Origin: Gemmatimonadales bacterium
GTDB taxonomy: Bacteria > Gemmatimonadota > Gemmatimonadetes > Gemmatimonadales > GWC2-71-9
NCBI GenBank assembly: GCA_965250155.1
Contig: OZ252291.1
Span: forward strand, 68,583-132,582
DNA length: 64,000 bases
Direction: 5' to 3'
Part shown: in pieces, positions 34,896 to 45,546 of the stretch
How positions within the stretch are numbered: the stretch's first letter is position 1
How the letters are laid out: each line of letters starts with the position of its first letter
Position numbers and translations under genes: made by a program
The notes under the pieces: model-generated
What the model was told of the DNA's origin: nothing
What the model saw: only the letters and a program-made list of their open reading frames with translations
Databases searched by the model: none

Positions 34896-35908
34896 CAGGG
34901 ACCGCCACTGGGCAGCTCACCTCGAAGGATTTCACTTCCGATCAGGAGGTTCGCTGGTGTCCCGGTTGCGGAGACTATGCGATCCTGAAATGTGTTCAGC
35001 GCACGCTGCCGGAGCTGGGAGCGCGGCGAGAAAACACTGTCTTTGTGTCGGGCATCGGCTGCGCAGCCCGTTTTCCCTACTACATGTCCACGTACGGATT
35101 CCACACAATTCACGGACGCGCGCCGGCTATCGCCACTGGGATCAAGCTCGCCAATCCAGACTTGGACGTTTGGATCGTCACCGGCGACGGCGATGCCCTC
35201 AGCATCGGCGGCAACCACCTGATTCACGTGTTGCGACGCAACGTCGATGTCCAGATCCTGTTGTTCAACAACGAGATCTACGGACTGACGAAAGGCCAGT
35301 ACTCGCCCACGTCACGGCGAGGCACCCGGTCTCCCTCCACACCCAAGGGATCGGTGGAAAACCCGATCTCGGCCGCCGCGCTGGCCCTGGGCGCCAGTGC
35401 GCGGTTCGTCGCGCGCACCGTAGACACCCACCAAAAGCAGATGCCCCAAGTCTTGAAGCGCGCGTACGAGCACCGTGGAGCCTCGCTAGTTGAGATCCTG
35501 CAAAACTGCATCGTATTCAACGATAAGGTGTTCAGCCACATCACGGACAAGAACGTGGCCGTAGAGCAACAGCTTCACCTCGAGCACGGCAAGCCGTTGC
35601 TGTACGGCGCGGACAACAGCCGCGGATTGCGAGTCACACCGGGAAAGTTCGAACTAGAGGCAGTTACGATCGGTGAGAACGGGATTACCAAAGACGACAT
35701 CCTAATCCACGACGAAACCAACCGTACACTCGCGTCGCTCCTCGCAGTGATGGAGCCGCCCGCGCTCCCCGTGGCCCTTGGCGTGATCCATTGTGATCCG
35801 GCACCAACGTACGGCGAGGGTGTGAAACAACAGGAGGAGGTAGCCGACAGCGAAGCCAGCCTCGAGAACCTACTGCGAGGCGGCCGGACGTGGACTGTGA
35901 TGGAATAG
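34892..35908 (+). CDS. korB: 2-oxoacid:ferredoxin oxidoreductase subunit beta (TPP-binding)
   Basis: WCPGCGDYAIL...SGIGC...HGRAPAIATG...VTGDGDALSIGGNH. ATGA overlap with korA. Confidence 0.9.
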   Translation: MTGTATGQLTSKDFTSDQEVRWCPGCGDYAILKCVQRTLPELGARRENTVFVSGIGCAARFPYYMSTYGFHTIHGRAPAIATGIKLANPDLDVWIVTGDGDALSIGGNHLIHVLRRNVDVQILLFNNEIYGLTKGQYSPTSRRGTRSPSTPKGSVENPISAAALALGASARFVARTVDTHQKQMPQVLKRAYEHRGASLVEILQNCIVFNDKVFSHITDKNVAVEQQLHLEHGKPLLYGADNSRGLRVTPGKFELEAVTIGENGITKDDILIHDETNRTLASLLAVMEPPALPVALGVIHCDPAPTYGEGVKQQEEVADSEASLENLLRGGRTWTVME

Positions 35909-35979
35909 GGAGGACGACCCAGCCCTGCCACCAGCGCGCGGTGCGGGATCGCGAAGACCCACAACCTACACCCTAATTC

Positions 35980-36249
35980 CTACGGTGGCGGCAGTCGCTT
36001 CGAATCCTTGGCCCCGTGCGAGACGCCCGCTCCGATCCCCAGACCCGCCAACACGGGAATAGTCAAGCCTCCCACGAACGGCAACACGGCGACGAGCACA
36101 CCGGCGGCGACTCCGGTCGCCACTCCGGCAACCACCGGAGCGACAGGCCGCTGAACTGCGTCGACGAACCGCAATTTCTCACGGACAAATCTGCGAGTCT
36201 TGAAGTACCCGAAACCGCCGAGTCCAAACGCCACTATTAGTTCAACCAC
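35980..36249 (-). CDS. small hydrophobic membrane protein
   Basis: 89 aa with two or three Gly/Ala/Val-rich TM segments. Confidence 0.5.
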   Translation of the reverse strand: MVELIVAFGLGGFGYFKTRRFVREKLRFVDAVQRPVAPVVAGVATGVAAGVLVAVLPFVGGLTIPVLAGLGIGAGVSHGAKDSKRLPPP

Positions 36250-36358
36250 CTTGTATGTCTCCTCCTAACGTCTCACTACGAAACGTACCGCCCACGAGTT
36301 TCAAGGGCTAGCTCCCGTGAGGCCTCTTTCCTTTAGCACGAGGGTCGATTCGGCTCGG

Positions 36359-37510
36359 TCATGGCAGAGCAAGCGACTTCCGCAACACCTCTATGTCGCG
36401 CTCGTCATTGTAGAGGTGCGGCGCCACTCGGATGGCGTTGCCACGCAACGCCACTGATACCCTCTCGGCCCCCAGCCGCTCTCGCAGCGCCGCCTGATCA
36501 TACCCTGCCGGAACACGGAAGCCGAACATGTGCCCGCAGCGCCAGCGCTCATCCGTCACGCTGAACCCCGCCTCGAGAAGATCAACTATCAACTGGGTAG
36601 TCAGCTGTCGACAGTAGGAAGCCACATTGTCCACTCCCCACTCGGCCAGCTGCTCCAGCGCCGCCATGAACATCGGAATCAAGATAAAGTTACTGACTTC
36701 GCCAACGTCATACCGAACGGCACCACCGCGATATTCGTCCTGGTAATCCACTAGGCGGCTAAAATCATCACTCCCAATACGAGCGAGCCAGCCTTCCTCC
36801 AAGGGCACGCCGTCATCATACCGCGGGCCGCAGTACACAGCAGCGATCGAGTAAGGTCCCCCGAGCCATTTGTACCCGGCGCACACCACCGCATCCGGTT
36901 GAATCCGGCGCACGTCGAAGGGCATAGCACCGATGGACTGGGTTCCGTCCACTATGAGAGCCGCCCCAACGTCACGCGCCCGGGCCGCAACGGCTTCCAG
37001 GTCGAAGCGGGTGCCGTCGGTCCAGTGAACGTTGGGCACCGCAACGACAGCGGTGTCGGCATCGATGGCTTCGAGCAGCGCGGAGTTCCAGCTCTTCGCC
37101 CTTCCGGGACCCGGCGAAGCCGGAATAACCACCTTGAGCTCGGCACCGGTTTCACGGCAGAGCCGCCGCCACGGATACACATGCGAGGGAAACTGATCCA
37201 GCAGCGTGATCACGTTCTGGCCCTGCGAGACCATCGTATTCTTCGCGAACGTCGATATGCCATACGACACCGACGGAACGATGGCTATCCGCTCGGGGTC
37301 GGATACGCCGATCAATTCTGCAAACAGTCTGCGCACCGCATCCGGACCTTTGAAGAAATCGTCCGGCGTGATGGCCGCAGGTACGGCCTTTCGGCGGATT
37401 CCCTCCAGACCGGCTGCCTCGACACGCTTTGAGAGCGGCGACATATAGGCACAGTTGAGATAATGCTGGTCGGGTGGGAGGGAAAACAAATCCCTCTTGC
37501 AGGATATCAT
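36359..37510 (-). CDS. class V aminotransferase-fold PLP-dependent enzyme
   Basis: LNCAYMSPLSKRVEAAG...TLLDQFPSHVYPW...VHWTDGTRFDL...CAGYKWL (PLP lysine context). 383 aa. Confidence 0.8.
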   Translation of the reverse strand: MISCKRDLFSLPPDQHYLNCAYMSPLSKRVEAAGLEGIRRKAVPAAITPDDFFKGPDAVRRLFAELIGVSDPERIAIVPSVSYGISTFAKNTMVSQGQNVITLLDQFPSHVYPWRRLCRETGAELKVVIPASPGPGRAKSWNSALLEAIDADTAVVAVPNVHWTDGTRFDLEAVAARARDVGAALIVDGTQSIGAMPFDVRRIQPDAVVCAGYKWLGGPYSIAAVYCGPRYDDGVPLEEGWLARIGSDDFSRLVDYQDEYRGGAVRYDVGEVSNFILIPMFMAALEQLAEWGVDNVASYCRQLTTQLIVDLLEAGFSVTDERWRCGHMFGFRVPAGYDQAALRERLGAERVSVALRGNAIRVAPHLYNDERDIEVLRKSLALP

Positions 37511-37778
37511 GATTGTTCTCGGCAGCGATCTCGCAAGTCAAGGGTGGACCTGCCTCTTCCCCATGATCGCCGGCTCGGCCGAATCAGGCAACCGGAACGG
37601 GAGCGGGACACAATCGATTGACACCTCTGGGAACGGCAACCCTTCCGACGGCAGGCTCCCCGTATGGCAACACACTGCCCGGGGGGTTACGAATGGCACC
37701 TTCTGGGCGCACGGTGGTATTGTTGCGGGACGCCGTAGATTTGAAACCAACGATAGAGTCGATCCAACAGACAACACC

Positions 37779-39167
37779 ATGCGATTAATCCTTGCTCTAT
37801 TCATGACGCCGGCATTATTCAACCAGCCGCTCGCCGCGCGGCAAGACGAAGGTAACCAGGGATCGCGGGCACAAAGGTCGTCAGTAAGAATCGCGGCCGG
37901 TTTAGGGGATAACGGATACAACCGCCTCGAGGGGTTACCCTTCCAGCTAGGGGTTGCGGCCCGCTCCGAAGGGCCCGAGCCGTTCCTGGGACGCGCCGTC
38001 GCCATTATCCGGACCAATCCCAGCGGCGGCTTGGATGACGTCGGCTACTCCTTCCGAGGCGAAAAACTCCTTCTGGGCTCGCGGCGGATCGCCGTAGGGG
38101 TGGAATTCTATTCCGAGGTGCGAGCCATCGAGAGTCGAGGTATCTCCAACATCGAAAACTCGCTCAGTGCGGGAATCTTTCACAGCGACTATCGTGATTA
38201 TCACAACCGGCAGGGGTTCGTGGCATTCACCAGTTATGCTCCCCGCAATTCTCCCCTTTCCGCCGGGATCGAGGTTCGCACAGAGCGGCACGACCTGGTG
38301 CCCTCGGGTAATCCCGGCTCGATATTCGAGAACAACACACCATGGCGGCTCCAACCACTAATCGCCGAAGGCAAAGTGCATTCGGCATCAGCCGCCGTCC
38401 GGTATGACAACCGCGCCCGTCGACCGGCGGGTCTTGCCAGGGGATGGAAAATCGACGCAGAGATCATGCAGACGTTCGGCGGGGATCTCAACATCGCGGA
38501 AGTGGGGCTCGTTCTACCCGACAGAACACGCGGGCCGCCACTTGCAGGGCTCCCGACCATGGAGGCGACGTTTACGAAGGGATTCCTGGACGTGCGGCGT
38601 TACACCGCAGTAGGCGATGCGAGCCTCAACTTCCGTTTCGTCGCCGAAGGGATTCTCAACGACGAGGTGCTGCCCCCCCAGTTCCAACACGCACTCGGCG
38701 GCCCCGGAAGCTTGCCGGGACTCCCCGGCTTCCCCGACGATCCAGCCGGCATGATGCCCGCGATGGACTGCGGCGCACGCGATTTCGGGGTCTCCACCTC
38801 GCCAAGTAACTTCCTCGCCACCAGATTCTTTCCGTTCTATGGATGCGACCGGTACGTGCTCTTCCAGGCACAACTGGAGGGCTACTTCGGCTTCCGGATC
38901 GGCGACGCCGACCTCGACTTCAGGGACGTGGGATTGGCTGTGAACCTCGAGCTCATCCCACGGTGGGTCTTGTTCTTCGACGCGGCAAAAGCCTGGGCGC
39001 AGGGGAACATCGGTCCCTTTCCCTTCCCCCCCCGAAGTGACGAAGACCTTGAATACGACGCTGGCGGCGGTATAGCGTTCGGCGATCTGGGATTCTACCT
39101 GGCTGTACCTCTAGAGGGTGACGACAAGAGCGTGCAATTCGTCGTGAGGTTGGGAAGTCGATTCTAA
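37779..39167 (+). CDS. outer-membrane beta-barrel protein (surface-antigen/BamA-TamA-like C-terminal domain)
   Basis: Signal-like MRLILALFMTPALFNQPLAA. Alternating beta pattern with C-terminal ...VQFVVRLGSRF (terminal Phe). The upstream part of ORF 37497.. is unlikely to be coding. Confidence 0.65.
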   Translation: MRLILALFMTPALFNQPLAARQDEGNQGSRAQRSSVRIAAGLGDNGYNRLEGLPFQLGVAARSEGPEPFLGRAVAIIRTNPSGGLDDVGYSFRGEKLLLGSRRIAVGVEFYSEVRAIESRGISNIENSLSAGIFHSDYRDYHNRQGFVAFTSYAPRNSPLSAGIEVRTERHDLVPSGNPGSIFENNTPWRLQPLIAEGKVHSASAAVRYDNRARRPAGLARGWKIDAEIMQTFGGDLNIAEVGLVLPDRTRGPPLAGLPTMEATFTKGFLDVRRYTAVGDASLNFRFVAEGILNDEVLPPQFQHALGGPGSLPGLPGFPDDPAGMMPAMDCGARDFGVSTSPSNFLATRFFPFYGCDRYVLFQAQLEGYFGFRIGDADLDFRDVGLAVNLELIPRWVLFFDAAKAWAQGNIGPFPFPPRSDEDLEYDAGGGIAFGDLGFYLAVPLEGDDKSVQFVVRLGSRF

Positions 39168-39310
39168 GTTACGGTACGGTGGTAACCGCAGGCGGTAGGG
39201 CGAACGGTCGGACCGCCCACTGCACCGAACTGGCAATTCACACGAGCAACGAGGACAAAATGGCGCAATCCACGTGCGTGAACGCTCACCAGGCAGAAGA
39301 CGTCAACGGC

Positions 39311-40993
39311 ATGGATCGGCGGAGCTTCATGGCGTACCTCTCCGCTGTCGGGCTGGGTGGAACTGCCTTGTGGTCGCAGGAACAGCAACAGGGTCCCATC
39401 TCCCAAGACATGCTCGCCGACGCCGAGGCGGTGTTCGGGCTCGAGTTCACAGACGACGAACGCGAGCTGATGCTGCGCAACCTGAATCGGAACCTCACAT
39501 CGTACGAGGCCCTGCACACCCATGAGATCCCCAATTCGGTGTCTCCTGCCGTTTTGTTCGACCCGGTGCTTCCCGGCATGGAGTTACCCACGGTGGAGCG
39601 AGAATTTCGTTACAGCCGGCCGATCGGAGTGTCCCGCCCCACCAACCTGGAGGAGTTGGCGTTCCAGCCGGTCACGGTCTTGAGCGAGTTGATCCGCACG
39701 AAACAGGTTTCGTCGACCGAACTGACACGCATGTATCTAGCGCGGCTCGAGCGGCACGGCCCGACCCTCGAGTGCGTGATCACGCTGACCGAAGAGCGCG
39801 CCCTGCGGCAAGCACGGCAGGCGGACGCTGAAATCGCACGGGGCCATTACCGCGGTCCCCTGCAGGGTATTCCATGGGGCGGGAAGGATCTGCTGACGGT
39901 GCGTGAATACCGCACTACCTGGGGCGCCAAACCGTACGAGAGTCAGCAACTGGACGACAACGCCACAGTCGTGGACCGCCTCGACGAAGCCGGCGCGGTG
40001 CTGATCGCCAAGCTCACCCTCGGCGCTCTCGCACAAGGTGACGTGTGGTACGGAGGCAGGACGCGCAATCCATGGAACTTGGAGCAAGGCTCGTCGGGAT
40101 CGTCCGCCGGTTCGGCGTCGGCCACGGTGGCGGGACTCGTCGGCTTCAGCATCGGCAGCGAGACGTTGGGATCCATCGTATCGCCAGCGACCCGTTGTGG
40201 TGCCAGCGCGTTGCGTCCCACGTTCGGGCGCGTGAGCCGGCACGGCGCCATGGCTCTTTCTTGGACCATGGACAAGTTGGGACCGCTGTGCCGCAGCGTC
40301 GAGGATTGTGCACTGGTGCTCCATGCCATCCACGGCGCCGACGGCAAGGACCCGACGGCGCGCGACGTCCCCTTCAACTGGGATCCGTCGATCAAGCCGG
40401 CCCAGTTGCGTATCGGCTACTTGAAGAGCGCGTTCGAACAAGAGCGGCAGGAACAGCAGCAGGACTCCCGCGAGGCCGACCTCAGAGTTCTCGATGTGCT
40501 CCGCGACCTGGGCGCGGAGCTGATTCCGTTCTCACTACCGGACGACCTTCCGATAAGCGCCATGCGCATCATTCTCAATGCGGAAGCCGGGGCTGCATTC
40601 AACGAACTCACCATGAGCGGCCGGGATGACGAGCTCGTACGACAGGGACGTGGCGGCTGGCCGAATACCTTCCGGACCGCCCACATGATTCCGGCGGTCG
40701 AGTACATCCAGGCCAACCGGCTGCGCACTCTTGCAATGAGAGCTTTGGAATCGCGGTTCGACGGCATCGACGTCTTCGTCGCCCCGTCGTTTGTCGGTCA
40801 AACGCTGTTGCTGACAAACCTCACAGGCCATCCAACCGCCGTCGTCCCGAACGGGTTCCGCGAGAACGGCACGCCGATGAGCATTTCGTTCATCGGGAAG
40901 CTGTACGGCGACGCGGAGGCGCTGGCCATCGCCAAAGCGTACCAAGACGCCACCGACTTCCATAAGAGAAAGCCGGCCCAGTTCGTGGCGTAA
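39311..40993 (+). CDS. Tat-signal amidase (amidase signature family)
   Basis: MDRRSFMAYLSAVGLGGTALW (twin-Arg). IPWGGKDLL...GSSGSSAGSASATVAG (AS Gly/Ser-rich motif). Confidence 0.85.
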   Translation: MDRRSFMAYLSAVGLGGTALWSQEQQQGPISQDMLADAEAVFGLEFTDDERELMLRNLNRNLTSYEALHTHEIPNSVSPAVLFDPVLPGMELPTVEREFRYSRPIGVSRPTNLEELAFQPVTVLSELIRTKQVSSTELTRMYLARLERHGPTLECVITLTEERALRQARQADAEIARGHYRGPLQGIPWGGKDLLTVREYRTTWGAKPYESQQLDDNATVVDRLDEAGAVLIAKLTLGALAQGDVWYGGRTRNPWNLEQGSSGSSAGSASATVAGLVGFSIGSETLGSIVSPATRCGASALRPTFGRVSRHGAMALSWTMDKLGPLCRSVEDCALVLHAIHGADGKDPTARDVPFNWDPSIKPAQLRIGYLKSAFEQERQEQQQDSREADLRVLDVLRDLGAELIPFSLPDDLPISAMRIILNAEAGAAFNELTMSGRDDELVRQGRGGWPNTFRTAHMIPAVEYIQANRLRTLAMRALESRFDGIDVFVAPSFVGQTLLLTNLTGHPTAVVPNGFRENGTPMSISFIGKLYGDAEALAIAKAYQDATDFHKRKPAQFVA

Positions 40994-41324
40994 GCTCAAG
41001 GATGGAAGAGGCGAAGCGGAGCTGCGAAGGGGCAGAGACGCAAAGAGGCAGCCCGGAGGTCGTGTTCGTGCGCCTGCGTTCAGTAGCGACATTTCAACTC
41101 GGCGGATACGATCGTCGCGAGCAACTCCCGCTGAAATCGGGCGAGTAGTTTACCTCCTCGGACCATTTGAGCGAGTCGGCACCGCCGCGCTTTCCCTGGA
41201 GATCCTTGGCCGCGTTGGTGCGCCCCTTTCCGTGCGATCTGCGGCGGTGGCCGTCGGCGTCACCTGAGGATATTCTTTATGCTCGCTCAGGCCCAAAGAA
41301 CCCGTTTACCCAACGTCAAACAAC

Positions 41325-41692
41325 TTGGTGACATCGCAACTGCCAAGCCTCAAGTTGATCACCTTCGGAGCGCCAGAGTGCGGATCAACGGCCAGGAGCC
41401 GCCATCCGACGTCGAGTGGCGCAAGCACATTGCCCTTCTCTCCTACCTGGCCTTTTCGCCCGATCGGACCCGTACCCGCAAACAAATCATCGCCATGCTC
41501 TGGCCCGAGACCACCGACCAGCGGGCGCGTCACTCGCTCAACGAAGCGGTCCGACGCCTCCGGGGGAGTTTGGGGTCCGCACGGATCAGATCAACCGGAT
41601 CGGGGGAAACCCTGACCCTATCCGGCGAGCGCCTCACCGTTGATGCGCTCGGATTCGATCGCACTGCCGACAGCCGTCGTGCCATCAGCTAG
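41325..41692 (+). pseudogene. SARP/OmpR-type winged-helix DNA-binding protein without BTAD domain; frame break near 41370-41380
   Basis: SLKLITFGAP (ORF 41325..41615 frame) continues as RVRINGQEPPSDVEWRKHIALLSYLAFSPDRTRTRKQIIAMLWPETTDQRARHSLNEAVRRLR (ORF 41279..41692 frame). It ends shortly after VDALGFD, where SARPs normally continue into a BTAD domain. Confidence 0.55.
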
Positions 41693-41720
41693 AAGCCTTT
41701 CTGGAAAGGGAAACCCCCAT

Positions 41721-42086
41721 ATGCCGATATTGATCAATTCGCCTACCACCGTCCCGGCCGCGGGCGATCCTCCCAAAGTGATCGACGAATACATCGGCCG
41801 CGTGAATTCCAACACGGAATCGGCGAGCATCGCGTACATGAAGAGTCCGCCGGGGTGGACCGAGCCGGGGCAAACGCCGACGTTCGATGAGTTCATGGTA
41901 GTTTTGAAGGGGATGCTCCATGTGGAACACGAAGATGGCGGGCTGGACGTCAGGGCCGGCCAGGCCCTGATCGCCCACAAAGGGGAGTGGGTGAGATACA
42001 GCAGTCCGTCACCCGAGGGAGCCGAATATATTGCTGTGTGCGTGCCGGCATTCTCGACGGATCTCGCACGACGGGATCAGCAGTGA
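41721..42086 (+). CDS. cupin domain protein
   Basis: MPILINS... GWTEPGQTPTFDEFMVVLKGMLHVEHEDGGLDVRAGQALIAHKGEWVRY (cupin beta-barrel pattern). Internal Met of ORF 41640... Confidence 0.7.
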   Translation: MPILINSPTTVPAAGDPPKVIDEYIGRVNSNTESASIAYMKSPPGWTEPGQTPTFDEFMVVLKGMLHVEHEDGGLDVRAGQALIAHKGEWVRYSSPSPEGAEYIAVCVPAFSTDLARRDQQ

Positions 42087-42127
42087 GCGGAGAGTAGAGT
42101 CACCGAACCAGACCCGGCGTACATATT

Positions 42128-43813
42128 TTGAGGATGGGAACTATGAGAAGAAGCCATCTCGCCACGTTGTGGCTCGCCGCAACCATGGCGTGCGCGCCTG
42201 ATTACGACGTCATAATCCGCGGTGGCACTATCTACGACGGCAGCGGCAGTGACGGCTATGTGGCCGACGTCGCCATTGCCGGCGACACGATAGCCATGAT
42301 CGGGGATCTGGACGGTGCGTTCGCTCGTACCGAGATCAACGCATCCGGACTCGCAGTTGCACCTGGCTTCATCAACTTGCTGAGCTGGGCAACCGAGTCT
42401 CTCATCGAAGACGGCAGGTCGCAAAGCGACATTCGGCAGGGCGTAACGCTCGAGATCTTCGGCGAGGGGTGGTCCGAGGGGCCGCTAAACGGGGAGATGA
42501 AGACCACGCAGCTTGGCCAGCAGGGAGACATCAAGTACGAAATCGAGTGGACCACGCTGGGGGAATACCTCGATTACCTCGTGCGGCACGGAATCTCCAC
42601 GAACGTGGCTTCGTTTGTCGGCGCAACCACGGTGAGAATTCACGAAGTCGGGTACGACAACCGACCCCCCACTGCGACCGAGCTGGACGGGATGCGTGCC
42701 TTGGTACGGCAAGGCATGGAGGAAGGCGCGCTCGGATTGGGCTCATCGCTCATTTACGCCCCCGCCTTCTACGCCCAGACAGACGAACTCATCGAGATAG
42801 CCAAGGCCGCGGCCGAATATGGCGGCACCTACATCTCCCACATTCGCAGTGAGGGCAACCGCCTCCTCGAGGCGGTGGAGGAGCTCGTCACGATCGCCCG
42901 CGAGGCGGGGCTGCCGGCGGAGATCTATCATCTCAAAGCCGCCGGCCGAAGCAACTGGCACAAGATGGATCAGGTGATTGCCATGGTTGAAGCTGCCCGA
43001 GCGGAGGGTCTCCACATTACTGCCGACATGTACAACTATCCGGCAGGTGCGACGGGACTGCACGCCGCCATGCCGCCGGACGTCCAGGAGGGAGGACACG
43101 ACGCGTGGATCGAGCGGCTACACGACCCCGCCATCCGGGCAAGAGTGCGCCGGGAGATGCGCACTCCCACAGACGAGTGGGAGAATCTCTACCTCGCGGC
43201 CGGCACGCCGGACAACGTCTTGCTGGTGGGATTCCGCCACGACTCACTCAAGTACCTGACCGGAAAGACCCTCGCAGAGGTCGCCGAGATTCGGGGCACG
43301 TCGCCCGAGGAAACCGCGATAGATCTCGTGATAGCCGACGACAGCCGCGTCGGTGCGGTGTATTTCCTGATGTCAGAGGAGAACATAGAGAAGCAGCTCA
43401 AGCTTCCATGGGTTTCCTTCGGATCGGACGCGGGTTCGATGGCTCCCGAAGGCGTTTTCCTCCAATCGAACCCCCACCCCCGGGGGTACGGCAATTTCGC
43501 TCGGTTGTTGGGCCGCTATGTCCGCGAGCGCCGGATCATTCCTCTCGCCGAGGCCATTCGGCGGCTCACGTCGCTACCGGCGGAGAACCTCAAGATCAGG
43601 AGTCGGGGGGCCTTGAGGCTTGGGTATTTCGCCGACGTCGTCGTGTTCGACCCCGCCACCATCCGGGATCACGCCACGTTCAAGGAGCCCCACCAGTATT
43701 CCGAGGGTGTCGAGCACGTCCTGGTGAACGGCACATTGGTTCTCCACTTCGGCGAGCACACGGGGGCCACCCCCGGCCGCGTCGTACGCGGGCCTGGTTG
43801 GACCGGATGGTAG
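42128..43813 (+). CDS. N-acyl-D-amino-acid deacylase (D-aminoacylase) family amidohydrolase, lipoprotein signal
   Basis: LWLAATMAC lipobox. YDVIIRGGTIYDGSG...VADVAIAGDTIAMIGDL...APGFINLLSW...ISHIRSEG. Confidence 0.85.
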   Translation: MRMGTMRRSHLATLWLAATMACAPDYDVIIRGGTIYDGSGSDGYVADVAIAGDTIAMIGDLDGAFARTEINASGLAVAPGFINLLSWATESLIEDGRSQSDIRQGVTLEIFGEGWSEGPLNGEMKTTQLGQQGDIKYEIEWTTLGEYLDYLVRHGISTNVASFVGATTVRIHEVGYDNRPPTATELDGMRALVRQGMEEGALGLGSSLIYAPAFYAQTDELIEIAKAAAEYGGTYISHIRSEGNRLLEAVEELVTIAREAGLPAEIYHLKAAGRSNWHKMDQVIAMVEAARAEGLHITADMYNYPAGATGLHAAMPPDVQEGGHDAWIERLHDPAIRARVRREMRTPTDEWENLYLAAGTPDNVLLVGFRHDSLKYLTGKTLAEVAEIRGTSPEETAIDLVIADDSRVGAVYFLMSEENIEKQLKLPWVSFGSDAGSMAPEGVFLQSNPHPRGYGNFARLLGRYVRERRIIPLAEAIRRLTSLPAENLKIRSRGALRLGYFADVVVFDPATIRDHATFKEPHQYSEGVEHVLVNGTLVLHFGEHTGATPGRVVRGPGWTGW

Positions 43814-43864
43814 CACCCCTACCCTTGGAGATAGCGGGCACCCTCGCTAAGTTTTTTCGCTGTC

Positions 43865-44824
43865 ATGGCTGAAGGTTCCCTTTCACAAAGCAAGATGATG
43901 CTCCTGGCGGGGTCATCCAATCGCCCCCTCACCGAGGAGATTTCGAGCTGCCTGGAACAGGCGCTCTGCGAAGTGACGATCAAGCGGTTCGCAGACGGCG
44001 AGATCTTCGTTCGGATCGATGAGAACGTTCGGGGAAAGGATGTCTTCATCATCCAATCGACCAACCCACCCGCAGAGAATATCCTGGAGCTCCTGATCTT
44101 GACCGATGCAGCCATGCGGGCCAGTGCCGGGCGGATCACTGCGGTTGTTCCGTACTACGGATACGCCCGTCAGGACCGGAAAGACCAGCCTCGGGTGGCG
44201 ATCAGCGCCAAGCTGATGGCCAACCTGATCATGAGAGCCGGGGTCGACCGCGTCGTGTCGATCGATTTCCATCAGCACCAGCTGCAAGGGTACTTCGACA
44301 TTCCCGTGGACCACTTGTACGCCGCGCCGGTATTCGTCCAGCATTTCTGCCAGAAGACGCTGCAAAATCTGGTGGTGGTGGCCCCCGACGTGGGGAGCGC
44401 CAAGATGGCCCGGGGTTTCGCCACACGGTTGAACGCGGGTTTCGCGATTATCGACAAGCGCCGCCCCGCCGCCAATGTGGCCGAGGTGCTCAACGTCGTG
44501 GGCGAGGTTGAGGGGCGGGATTGTCTCATCGTCGACGACCTGGTGGATACGGCCGGCACGCTGTCCGGGGCGGTAGGCGCACTGAAGGATTTAGGCGCCG
44601 ACAAGGTATATTGCTGCGCTTCCCATCCGCTGTTATCGGGACCGGCGGTGGAACGATTGTCGGCGGCTCCGCTCACCGAGATGGCCGTCGTCAATACGAT
44701 TCATGTTACCCAGGAACGGCGGTTCGAGACCCTCAAGGTCCTCTCCGTTGCGCCGCTCTTGGCCAAGGCAATTCGGTACATTCATAGCGGCGAATCGGTG
44801 AGTTCGCTGTTTGAGGCACTGTAG
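43865..44824 (+). CDS. prs: ribose-phosphate pyrophosphokinase
   Basis: RFADGEIFVRIDENVRGKDVFIIQS...VVPYYGYARQDRK...IVDDLVDTAGT. Confidence 0.95.
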   Translation: MAEGSLSQSKMMLLAGSSNRPLTEEISSCLEQALCEVTIKRFADGEIFVRIDENVRGKDVFIIQSTNPPAENILELLILTDAAMRASAGRITAVVPYYGYARQDRKDQPRVAISAKLMANLIMRAGVDRVVSIDFHQHQLQGYFDIPVDHLYAAPVFVQHFCQKTLQNLVVVAPDVGSAKMARGFATRLNAGFAIIDKRRPAANVAEVLNVVGEVEGRDCLIVDDLVDTAGTLSGAVGALKDLGADKVYCCASHPLLSGPAVERLSAAPLTEMAVVNTIHVTQERRFETLKVLSVAPLLAKAIRYIHSGESVSSLFEAL

Positions 44825-44844
44825 AACAGGCTAGGACTAGAGCT

Positions 44845-45531
44845 ATGATCACGACGGTTTCGTTGGCGGCCCAACACCGCAACACTGCTGGAAAGGGTCC
44901 TGCACGACAAATGCGCATGGCGGGTCGCATCCCTGCGGTGGTATACGGACGCGGGCGAGACTCAGAATCGCTATCTGTTTCGGCGGCGGAGGTGGACAAG
45001 CTCCTAGCCGCTCACGCGACGGCCAGCACTGTTATCTCTCTCGCGATCAACGGCAACCCCGTGAAGGTGTTGATCCGTGATGTCCAGCGGCATCCCCTCC
45101 GCCGGGACATCACACACTTGGATTTCTATGAGATTCACGAGGGCGAGTCCATAACGGTGACGGTGCCGATTCACCTCGAGGGCAGTCCCGAAGGTGTCAG
45201 AAACACTGGCGCGACGCTCGATCAGGTGCTGCGTGAAGTGCAGATCGCCGTCTTGCCACGCCATATTCCCGAGCGGGTGGAGTTGGAAGTCACGGCACTC
45301 ACCATCGGCCAATCGCTCCACGTGACCGATCTCGTGATCGAAAATGCAAGGATTCTGACGGACGGCGAGATGACCATTTGCAGCATCATCCCACCGCGGG
45401 TCGAGGAAGAGGTCGCACCCGTGGAAGGTGCGGTGGAAGAGGAAGAGCAAGAGGAAGAGTCCGCCGAGCCCGAACTCATCCGCAAGCCCAAGGGCGAGGA
45501 AGAGGACGAGGGCCCAGAAGCCGAAGGGTAG
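44845..45531 (+). CDS. rplY: 50S ribosomal protein L25/general stress protein Ctc
   Basis: RMAGRIPAVVYGRG...RDVQRHPLRRDITHLDF, with an acidic C-terminal tail. Confidence 0.9.
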   Translation: MITTVSLAAQHRNTAGKGPARQMRMAGRIPAVVYGRGRDSESLSVSAAEVDKLLAAHATASTVISLAINGNPVKVLIRDVQRHPLRRDITHLDFYEIHEGESITVTVPIHLEGSPEGVRNTGATLDQVLREVQIAVLPRHIPERVELEVTALTIGQSLHVTDLVIENARILTDGEMTICSIIPPRVEEEVAPVEGAVEEEEQEEESAEPELIRKPKGEEEDEGPEAEG

Positions 45532-45546
45532 CCACTGCGCGCCGTC

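Noticed and set aside
37497-37778. N-terminal 94-aa extension of the outer-membrane protein ORF.
   Set aside because: There is no signal peptide at that start, and it overlaps the divergent aminotransferase start region. The internal Met at 37779 gives a signal-like N-terminus.
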